Origin: the human T2T-CHM13v2.0 reference genome, Homo sapiens
DNA length: 64,000 bases
Direction: 5' to 3' (one strand)
Assembly: GCF_009914755.1 (NCBI RefSeq)
Contig: NC_060929.1
Shown here: piece by piece, positions 1-8,943 of the stretch
Layout: each line of letters begins with the position of its first letter
Numbering within the stretch: position 1 is the stretch's first letter
Program-made: the position numbers and the translations under genes
Notes under the pieces: model-generated
What the model was told of the DNA's origin: nothing
Database searches by the model: none
Seen by the model: the letters and a program-made list of their open reading frames with translations, nothing else

Positions 1-277
1 TCATCCAGCTTGGAATCTCAGGGATTTGAGGAGGAAGGGTCACTTAGCTAAGGAAGACCTGAAGGATGACCAGGAATTGAAGCAGGCAAAGTGGTGCAAA
101 ACAATCCAGTGTTAACAGTGGCTGCAATGGCCCCAGGACAGATATCAGCCCTATACCGTCAAAGAAACAGAAGCAGGCTGGAGGGGCCCAGGGGCCTGCT
201 AAGCTGGGTCCCAGGAGAAGGATACCATTTCCATCCCTCAAGCACCCATACAAGTTTATAGAGGGAAACCGCACAAG

Positions 278-293
278 CTGCCCTCTGGTGGCA
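278..293 (-). promoter_or_regulatory. CTCF core motif in a TCF7 intron
   Basis: Minus strand reads TGCCACCAGAGGGCAG, matching the CTCF core CCASYAGRKGGCR. Occupancy cannot be seen from sequence. Confidence 0.6.
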
Positions 294-424
294 GATGCTT
301 GAAATTCCAGCAGAGGCCCATCTGTCTCACAGGATGGGTCAAGGCCTGCCTAGCAAGGTAGGGAAGTCTTTCCTCGTGTCTGGCCAGCAGCCAGACTGCT
401 AACAGCTATCTCTCCCAACCACAG

Positions 425-517
425 GCCCAGCCCTCCTCTCTACCCCCTGTCCCCTTCCTGCGGATATAGACAGCACTTCCCTGCCCCCACTGCAGCCCCT
501 GGCGCCCCCTACCCCAG
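425..517 (+). CDS. TCF7: TCF7 alternative cassette exon (exon IVa type), 93 nt, encodes (W)PSPPLYPLSPSCGYRQHFPAPTAAPGAPYP(R)
   Basis: cag|G acceptor at 424/425 and AG|gtgagt donor at 517/518. Length is divisible by 3 with no stop. It joins in frame to the next exon (AG+G=Arg, then FTHP). Peptide recognised as the TCF-1 insert. Confidence 0.85.
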
Positions 518-1813
518 GTGAGTCCCCTACACTGCAGCTAGGCTCCTGCTTCCTGTTGCCCAGGCTTCAGAGCCCACACAAGGCCATGCCCAGGCCAGTG
601 CTTGCCCTGTGTTAGTCGTTTGTCCATCTGTCCGTCTGTCATTTTGCAGCCCCCTGCTGTCCTGTGCCTGAGAATGAAGCTAGTGCAAGTGCCAAGAGGC
701 CTCAGCCTGGGCCACACCGTGCAGCAGAGCACCACAGAGGCCAGGACAGTACAGGCATATGTGGCTCAGCCCGTGTGCAGATGTGTGTGCACTCACCTCT
801 GTTCTTCATCCCTACTTAGAAGGACTCTCCTGGGCATCCCCTGAGCTTTGCCCAAGCTGAGACAGCACCTTTTACCTAAGTCCCCAACCTCTGACCCTTA
901 GGGGCTGCTGGCTCAGGGATAATACCTGTGCAAGCAGTAAGGGGCAGAATGGTCTCCACAGAATAGCAAGAAAGTGAAGTGGGAGGTGTGTGTACATGGA
1001 TCCCTTCACTTAGGTCACTCCTTCAGTGACAGACTCAGTGCAAATATGCAATGGCAGGGGATTCCACAGACATTTGCTGCCCACTGGAGCTCACAGCCCA
1101 GTATAGCAAGTGTAGACATGGCACCGGCAGCTTAATGGGCCAGCTGAGTGATGGGGAAGCCCCAAGGAGACCTCACCAGGCCTGATGGGTCAGGGAGAGC
1201 TTCGCGGAAAGAGTAATAGATCTTTTGCGAGAAGAAAACAAGGGAACAGCCATAACTGGGGCTGCCGGGGAACGGAGAGGGACAGGAAGCAGAGGAGAAG
1301 AGAAGGGGCTAGCAACAGCAGCAGGATGCTCATGCAGGGCTGTGCAGGCCCTTGGGAGCAGCCTGGGTTCTATTCTTTGGACGCTGGGGGAATTTCAGCC
1401 GAAGCAGGCCAGGAACATTCAGGTGTCTCTAATGGTTACTCTGGCTATTGTGTGGAGAGAGGCCTGGAAGGGTCAAGCAGGAGAGGGATGAGGCCTCACA
1501 GGGCAGCCACAGGCTCCTGAGGCTGGGTTGGTAGGGGAAGGACGTGAGAAGGGGACAGATTCAAAAGCTACTTGGGACCTATGTAGTAACCATCTGAATG
1601 GCAATCTATGTAGATTTTTGCAGTGTGTCTGTGTAGTGTGCTGGGAGCAGGTATTTGTATTTATCTCTGTGTACTTATGTCTAGGCCAGTAGGATAGAGT
1701 ATCTATCTGTTCACCTGTGTCCTCAAGTTATGTATTATGCAGGGGCCTCTGTGTGTGTCCAAAGGTCTGGCCCATAATTCTTGGCTCAGTGTTAACTTTC
1801 TTCCTGCCTCCAG

Positions 1814-1933
1814 GTTCACCCACCCATCCTTGATGCTAGGTTCTGGTGTACCTGGTCACCCAGCAGCCATCCCCCACCCGGCCATTGTGCCCCCCTCAGG
1901 GAAGCAGGAGCTGCAGCCCTTCGACCGCAACCT
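1814..1933 (+). CDS. TCF7: TCF7 exon, 120 nt, FTHPSLMLGSGVPGHPAAIPHPAIVPPSGKQELQPFDRNL (context-dependent regulatory region)
   Basis: Pyrimidine tract plus cag at 1811-1813, donor gtgagt at 1934. Contains the TCF/LEF-family IPHPAIV motif. Confidence 0.96.
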
Positions 1934-2349
1934 GTGAGTGAAAAGACAATGATGGCAGGGGGTGTGTCAGTCAGGATACACATGCCTCCCCACCAGGCCT
2001 GAGGACTGCCACGAGGTCCCTGCCTAAGCTGTTTCGTGCCTCTGGCTATGTTTTTGATCCTCAGAAGTAGGAGGGGGTGGGTGGGATGGGGAACAAGGAT
2101 TTTTCTGAGCCAACAGAGGAGGGGCTCAGAAGTCCTTAACACATGCTTTTCCCACTTGTCTGTAGTGTTCCTATAAGGAACAGTTACTTAGCTGTCTGCT
2201 CACCCATTTGGGGGCAGCTAGGAAAGATTCCACTTAGAAAACTCTGGTATCATACACTTAGGCACACTCTAGGCCCACGCTAGAGGAGGAGGCTGCAATT
2301 AGGTGGGCACTCGGGGGGCTCCTGAACAATCTGGATTTGTGCCCCTCAG

Positions 2350-2512
2350 GAAGACACAAGCAGAGTCCAAGGCAGAGAAGGAGGCCAAGAAGCCAACCAT
2401 CAAGAAGCCCCTCAATGCCTTCATGCTGTACATGAAGGAGATGAGAGCCAAGGTCATTGCAGAGTGCACACTTAAGGAGAGCGCTGCCATCAACCAGATC
2501 CTGGGCCGCAGG
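2350..2512 (+). CDS. TCF7: TCF7 exon, 163 nt, first part of the HMG box ([54 protein letters not shown])
   Basis: cag acceptor ends at 2349, donor gtgaga at 2513. Canonical TCF/LEF HMG box sequence; phase fits neighbouring exons. Confidence 0.98.
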
Positions 2513-2621
2513 GTGAGACCATGGGCAGGTGGGCTGGCAGGGATGCTCCCCGACCATCTTCAGCCTGGTGCAGCCTGCTGACTCCCTGATGCACCCCACC
2601 TGCCCCTCTTCCCTGTTGCAG

Positions 2622-2729
2622 TGGCACGCGCTGTCGCGAGAAGAGCAGGCCAAGTACTATGAGCTGGCCCGCAAGGAGAGGCAGCTGCACATGCAGCTAT
2701 ACCCAGGCTGGTCAGCGCGGGACAACTAC
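2622..2729 (+). CDS. TCF7: TCF7 exon, 108 nt, second part of the HMG box ([36 protein letters not shown])
   Basis: ttgcag acceptor ends at 2621, donor gtgagt at 2730. Highly conserved TCF/LEF sequence. Confidence 0.98.
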
Positions 2730-3220
2730 GTGAGTGCCTAGTGACACACAGCAGGGGTGGGCAGGGGACCCTTTGAGATACCATGCCCCAGGCCACAATC
2801 TCAGTAAGGAACGCAGAACTACTGTCCTGAAGGCACCGATGAGGAAGGGCACGGAGGGTCCAAGGCCTCCCATGGCTGCCTCAGAAGAGGACAAGCCCAC
2901 ATCCTATTCTCCACTCCAGAATATGCTCACACATGAGCTGTTACCCAACATTTGATTGGGCCACATGGGCAGAAGGGGAGAAAGGGGTCTGGAAGTCACC
3001 TCCTTCCATTCAAACTGGAGACCAGATTGGGGTGAGGGAAGAGCTTCTAAATGCACTCCATAGCAGCCTAGCAAGACCAGCAATCAAGAAACACCAGCAC
3101 CCCAAGGTAGGAGGGGCCTGTACGCCCAGAATCCCAGGGTTACCCAAGCTAGGCAGCAGGCTGTGGGTATCCCAATGTCTGCCTCCCAGATCTGAGCATC
3201 CCTCCTTTTGTTCCCTGCAG

Positions 3221-3269
3221 GGGAAGAAGAAGAGGCGGTCGAGGGAAAAGCACCAAGAATCCACCACAG
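3221..3269 (+). CDS. TCF7: TCF7 exon, 49 nt, basic tail/NLS (GKKKRRSREKHQESTT + G)
   Basis: ttccctgcag acceptor ends at 3220, CAG|gtgaga donor at 3269/3270. Ends in phase 1. Confidence 0.97.
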
Positions 3270-4425
3270 GTGAGACCTTCTCTCAGCAGCAGTGGAGGCT
3301 CCTCTCCATGTCCCCATTTCAAGAGCAGCCCTCCTCTGACCCAAAGGGAGGAACGCGGTACCCAGCTAGGAGCCTTCAGGGCCTGGGGCCTATGAAAACA
3401 AGGCCTGCATCTCACAAGTCAAATTCCCATGCAAGAAACAGCTATATTATACTAAGTCCCAGGGAAACCCAGCAGAACTGGCTTCTGCTGGGTAGAATTG
3501 GAGTAGATGGTGCGTTCCTCTGCCTTGCACCCACTACCTTTGCTAGCTCCACTCACCAGAGAAACCAGCAAAGAACTGACTGTATGGTTTGATGCTTAGC
3601 CCAAACAATGTCCTGGCTAGTTCTGCTGAGACTGGGAGAGGCTGAGCTAGGCCCCATGACTAGGCCCAGTAGACACACAGCCTACTGGCTGGAGCCTGGC
3701 AATTTATCACCCCCACTTCAACATTTTTCATGGCAGTGCAAAGTGCTCTATGTAGAGAAGCCCACACCCTGCTGCAGGCCTCCTTCCTAAGGGTGAATTC
3801 CTGCCTCTCTGGTAACTGAGACTCCACATCCCTGACCACCTCAGCCGTGCTGTCCCCACACAGGGAAGCTGGAGGCTAGGACTGGGACAGAGCAGGGCAG
3901 AGTTCCTAGCCCTTTTTCCAAGGCAAAGAATAGGCCCTTCCTTCCATCTGCAAGTGTGTAGAACAGCATAAGGTATAGCCTTCAGCCTTATCCCTTGAAG
4001 GAATGTAGGTCAAGAATGAAGAAAAACTGGATAAAATGGGTAGGGAGTTGGGGAGGAGGTGGGTGGCCCTAGGGCATAAAAGGCTGGATCTCCATGGTCT
4101 TCCTTGGGCCCCTCTGCAGCCTCCATGCTGCAAGGGCCCCACAAGCCACAGAGATGAGCCAGATTGACAGGACTCCCTCCCTCCCATTCTTCCCACTGCC
4201 TCTACTGCGTACCTGGGTGCCCACCTTTCCTGATATCTTGGCTCTGGGCTCTTGGGCTCCCACTGGGGCTGGCTGTGCCATGGAGAGGCCCACTCTGCCT
4301 ATGGGGGCTGTAGGGTGTCTATAACTGGCTAACACTGATGTTACCTCTTCTTTCTGGGCCCTGCTCTGCCCCGCTGCCTGCTCGCCCTCTGCCCTGCTCT
4401 ACCCCTCTGGCATGGCTGTGAGCAG

Positions 4426-4498
4426 ACCCTGGCTCGCCTAAGAAATGCCGTGCTCGCTTTGGCCTCAACCAGCAGACGGATTGGTGTGGTCCGTGCAG
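4426..4498 (+). CDS. TCF7: TCF7 alternative exon, 73 nt, DPGSPKKCRARFGLNQQTDWCGPCR (CRARF motif, first part of the C-clamp)
   Basis: cag acceptor at 4423-4425, CAG|gtgggt donor at 4498/4499. Not present in the ORF track, but translates in phase 1 to the known CRARF/WCxxCR motif. Confidence 0.95.
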
Positions 4499-4888
4499 GT
4501 GGGTTTGTCCCCACCATCGTTCTCCCTTTGCTTTAAGCTGCTTCCCTGACTCTGCACATGTTCCACTGGGCCTGCAGCCCACTCCTTTGGCCCCTCAGCC
4601 CACTAGCATACTCAGCAGATTGGGAGCCCAGGCCTCCTGAGAATAGTAGTAAATACTGAACACAGCGCGTGGAGAAGACCACTTGGGTCTAAGTGCAGGA
4701 GGATTGGAGAGAAAGACACAGAATGTTCCAGAAAGGAAGGACAGACTCAAGAAGGCAGCTCTGATGCCAGTGGGCCTAGCAGGTCCTCAGCAAACAGACA
4801 GCTCAGCCACCACTAAGGGGGCCTGGAGCCCATTCTACCAGGCCTCAAAGTCATTATGGCCCATGGGCTCCCTCACTTCCTCTTCAAG

Positions 4889-4923
4889 ATGGGATCCCTG
4901 CCTGTACCATCCTGAGCCCTTAA
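4889..4923 (+). CDS. TCF7: Probable minor TCF7 alternative terminal coding segment, DGIPACTILSP-stop
   Basis: Pyrimidine tract then aag acceptor ending at 4888. In phase 1 it gives DGIPACTILSP then TAA (4921-4923). I recall this peptide as a TCF-1 isoform tail; the AAG acceptor is weak. Confidence 0.55.
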
Positions 4924-5369
4924 TCTGAAAAAGCAAGGTGACAACAACACAGAACCATCTGGTTGCCAGGTAGCCTTATGACTTGCTATCTTGTACCTAC
5001 TGATACCAAAGGGCTGGAGAGGCTGGGGGAGAGGACCCAGGGGGTACCCTGGGCTGTCTGAGGGAAAGGGCTCATGTGTTTCACCATACAACAGAGAAAT
5101 ACTTGTGGGTGTGACAAGGTTTACCCAACAAGTGGTTAAAGTTTCCTCAGTCAGTTTCAGGCCAGGCCTGGCAGGGCTAAGATAGAGGGTACTCCAGGCA
5201 GTAAGGCCACTGGCTCTAAGGAACACTTGTCCAGCCTCTCAGTGTACCCACCACACTCCCTGTCCAAGGGCAAGGAGGAGTTTGGGGTGTGTCTGTGTAT
5301 CCACATACATATGCACGGTGGGAAACAACCCTGTCTTCAGGGGAAGTTCTATTCCATTCATTCCATCAG

Positions 5370-5449
5370 AGACAAACTGGCCCAGAGAACTCAAGGATGG
5401 TAATGGACAAGAGTCACTGTCCATGTCTTCTTCCTCTAGCCCAGCTTGA
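5370..5449 (+). CDS. TCF7: TCF7 alternative terminal coding segment (A-type tail), ETNWPRELKDGNGQESLSMSSSSSPA-stop
   Basis: ttccatcag acceptor ends at 5369. G+AG=Glu, frame open to TGA at 5447-5449. Recognised TCF-1A C-terminus. Confidence 0.85.
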
Positions 5450-5555
5450 GGACTGGGATGGCTGGGCAAGGAAGCCATAGGCATTGCGGCCCCTTGCCTT
5501 GGTGCAGATGTGAGTCCCACAAACACATCTGGAGAAGCTCAAAGGCCGGGACTGG

Positions 5556-5603
5556 GAGATGACTCCCTTGGAAGACAGGAGAGATGACTCCCTTGGAAGA
5601 CAG
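5556..5603. repeat. Tandem duplication of a 23-nt unit, period 25
   Basis: gagatgactcccttggaagacag at 5556-5578 and 5581-5603, identical. Confidence 0.9.
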
Positions 5604-5829
5604 ATGACAGCCCATAGGCCTAGTGACAAAAGGCCCCTTTGCCACCTTGTGGCTGTTCTGGGAACTGCACCTGTCCTAGGTCTGGGCCAGACCAAGCAGA
5701 ATGGCAGTCTGAGGACACTGACTTACCACCCAAGTCCCAGGAAGAGAGGACAAGGAATCAGCCAGGCCTGTGCAAAGGCAGCATTTTTTGGTTGTGGTGT
5801 ATGACTATGAATTCACCCTCTGTTTACAG

Positions 5830-5852
5830 ATAACTCTCTTCACTATTCCTAG
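5830..5852 (+). CDS. TCF7: TCF7 alternative acceptor giving the short D-type tail DNSLHYS-stop, or an immediate stop after the CRARF exon (C-type)
   Basis: tgtttacag acceptor ends at 5829. Phase 1 reads GAT AAC TCT CTT CAC TAT TCC TAG. Phase 2 reads AGA TAA. Confidence 0.8.
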
Positions 5853-5932
5853 GAGGAAAAAGAAATGCATTCGGTACTTACCCGGAGAAGGCCGCTGCCC
5901 CAGCCCCGTTCCTTCCGATGACAGTGCTCTAG
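5853..5932 (+). CDS. TCF7: TCF7 terminal exon in the B frame, GGKRNAFGTYPEKAAAPAPFLPMTVL-stop (canonical C-terminus)
   Basis: ttcctag acceptor ends at 5852. Phase-1 join from 3269; TAG at 5930-5932. Confidence 0.93.
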
Positions 5933-6150
5933 GCTGCCCCGGGTCCCCAGCTCCCCAGGACTCACCCTCATACCATCTGCTGCCCCGCTTCCCCACAGAA
6001 CTGCTTACTAGCCCTGCGGAGCCGGCACCTACATCCCCAGGTCTCTCCACTGCTCTCAGCCTCCCAACCCCAGGGCCCCCACAGGCCCCCCGCAGCACCC
6101 TGCAGAGCACACAGGTACAGCAACAGGAATCTCAGAGACAGGTGGCCTAG
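5853..6150 (+). CDS. TCF7: TCF7 terminal exon in the E frame, RRKKKCIRYLPGEGRCPSP...SQRQVA-stop (completes the C-clamp, E-tail)
   Basis: Phase-2 join from 4498. Same frame as ORF 5770..6150. The RKKKCIRY motif is shared by TCF E-tails. Confidence 0.9.
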
Positions 6151-7276
6151 CAGGCACAGGACACCTGGCCGCCTCCAGGAGCCTACCCCCTGAAAGTGAC
6201 AGAGACCCAGATCTCATGGAAACTGGCCAGGGGTCCTGTTAACGTCATCTCAGGGTCCAGACCCTGAAGATTTCAGAGGCTGCAGAACTTCTGCCTGAAC
6301 CTGGGGTCATCGATTCAAACTGCTCCAAGTGGTGGGAATCAGATCTGTCTTGATGTGTCATCTAATTAAGGGAATCCCTTGTACCTATGGCTGCCTGCAT
6401 CTATTCTTTGTACCATCTGTCTTGCCAGCCAGAAGCCTCTGCCTCCCTAGCTTTTCTGCTATAGGTCAGAGATGGGCTGAACTGAGCCTAGCTACCTTCT
6501 CTACCCATCTCCCCCATCCCCCACTGCCACACCCTCCCCATTCAGACACTTCATGGACCAAGAATGAGCTGGTTTGTCAAACAACATGTGAGCATGGTCA
6601 CAAGCACAAAGCTCAAGATGACAGCTCTTCTAAGGAAATGGAGAAGCTCTGTTTATAAAAACAAAAACAAAACCAGCTGCTACTCATAAGTTGGACCAGA
6701 GGAAGCCCCTTACTATGATCTCAGGAGCTTGCAAGAAGCAGGAAGGGGAATGGAATAGGTTAAGTTTAGGCCTATCAACCTAAGCAACAGAAATAATCTG
6801 ACACTACCTTATCAGGCAAATTGGGGAGGGGAGGGTGTATCTAGCTCTAGTTCAAATTATTTGGAAGTGTTCCCTGAGAAACCCACCAGCCTAAGAAGCT
6901 CTGGCCCCAGGCTTGTCACTAGCAGCTGCAGTCAACAGTTCAAAGAAGTCATGGCCCAAATCCAGTGTGCACCCCTCCCCATTCACAGAGCCTTTTTCAC
7001 AATTCCATTTCCAGTTCATCTATGGCAGTCCAGCCAGCTCCTGGGCAGCTTGAGAGGGCAAACCCAAAACCTCATGACAGCCAGAGCCTGTCTTTCAGCA
7101 TTCAGTCCGCCTGGCCGGCTCCAGTTTCCCCATGGGGCTGCGGGACAGAGGACCATTACAACTAGATCAAGGAGCCCAGAAAACCTCCAGTAGTGGACAA
7201 CAGGTTTTCACCATAGCCTACGTTAACCCATTTTTGAGCCAAGCTTCAACCCTCAGCCTTGAAAAACAAGTCTTTA

Positions 7277-7627
<351 letters not shown>

Positions 7628-7818
7628 GGGCTGTCCATGTATTCACACACCCCTCAAAAAAAGCCTTTAGTTCCTACTTTAGCCACTGGTTTCTCAGAAT
7701 CCAAAGATCACATATTCTAGTGTAACACTGCAAGAAGTCTTGAGAAAAAGATTATTGTAGTGTTCAAAATATTTTTGTATTGTTAATGCATCATCATAGA
7801 AAAACTTTTAAACATGAG

Positions 7819-7824
7819 AATAAA
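7819..7824 (+). terminator. Polyadenylation signal of TCF7
   Basis: AATAAA followed by ttttactgggtttgtttttc (U/GU-rich), with an upstream TGTA element at ~7776. Confidence 0.8.
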
Positions 7825-8365
7825 GATACTTTTTACTGGGTTTGTTTTTCAAAGCCTGACCCTGAGGAATAAGCTGTTTCAGTAACAGAGCATGATATTC
7901 TTTCCTTTCCTTCTCCACAGTCAGGAAACTTGGAGTTTGTTTCCTATGGTACATATGTTCCCAAACCTCCAGCCTGTAGAAACCAGGGATTACACTTGTC
8001 ATCTCCCCTAAAGGGGTGTGGGCCCTGCCTGCCTCACCTGAGAGCTATGCCTATACTCCCATTCCAAGCTTTGCTCTTAACCCCACAATGATGCAGGCCA
8101 GCCTGCTCCCCAGTGCTCATATAAGAATAAATGAGTTGCCAACTGCCGTCCATAAAGGCTGACAAGACAATTCAACCTGAAATAGGTACACATGACCACT
8201 AGGCTCCATTTTCCTCTGAGGGCAGAGAGAAAAGAAAACATTCCACAAGTGCATATCCTATTTCAAGGAAAACAAGAGCAAACGAGTCTTTTATAACCTA
8301 TTAGCACCACAAAATCCTAAAGGAGGATTTTTTAATAGCACCCCTTCCTCCCAAAGACTGCATCT

Positions 8366-8470
8366 TTTTTTTTAATTATTATTATTATACTTTACGTTTT
8401 AGGGTACATGTGCACAATGCGCAGGTTAGTTACATATGTATACATGTGCCGTGCTGGTGCGCTGCACCCA
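8366..8470 (-). mobile_element. Very short 5'-truncated young L1PA 3' end
   Basis: Poly-T then ttattatacttta.gttttagggtacatgtgcaca...gctgcaccca, the reverse complement of the L1PA 3' terminus. Flanked by cccaaagactgcatct at 8350-8365 and 8467-8482. Confidence 0.9.
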
Positions 8471-8600
8471 AAGACTGCATCTGTTAAGACGCAAAGTATT
8501 TTTCATATTTTCACACAAGCCTTCAAGTTTGATAAATCTATTACCCACTTTTTAAAAAGTTACATACGCTGTTGGTGGACACGACAGCCACCATATCCAC

Positions 8601-8943
8601 TTTATTTTTAGATTATTTGTATACATTTAGGGGGTACAAATGCAGCTGTGTTACATGAATATATTGTGTAGCGGTGAGGTCCGGGCTATTTTTAGATTAT
8701 TTGTATACATTTAGGGGGTACAAGTGCAGCTGTGTTACATGAACATACTGGGTAGCGGTGAGGTCCGGGCTTTTAGTGTGCCTCTCACCCAAACAGTGTA
8801 CTGTGCACGTAAGTAGTGTACATTGTACTCAACAGGTAGGATTTCATACCTCATCCCCCTTTCATCTCCCACCTTTTGAAGTCTCCAATGTCTATTATTC
8901 CATTCCGTATCCATATACCATGTGTACTCACTGTTTAGCTCCC
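8601..8943 (-). mobile_element. Older L1 3'-end fragment (L1MA/L1PB-like) carrying an 84-bp tandem duplication
   Basis: gggggtacaagtgcag...ttacatg...gcttttagtgt...tgtttagctccc is typical of the reverse-complemented L1MA/PB 3' UTR. Confidence 0.75.

Noticed and set aside
2258-2690. Minus-strand ORFs opposite the HMG-box exons
   Set aside because: Antisense shadow of GC-rich coding exons, with no independent signal.
2933-3592. 219-aa ORF as a stand-alone gene
   Set aside because: Only 49 nt correspond to a real TCF7 exon with splice sites. The rest is intronic and is kept only as a low-interest retention hypothesis.
6938-6946. TCF/LEF-type site (TTCAAAG) in the TCF7 3' UTR suggesting autoregulation
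   Set aside because: A single 7-mer is expected many times by chance in 64 kb, and I see no cluster or helper site.
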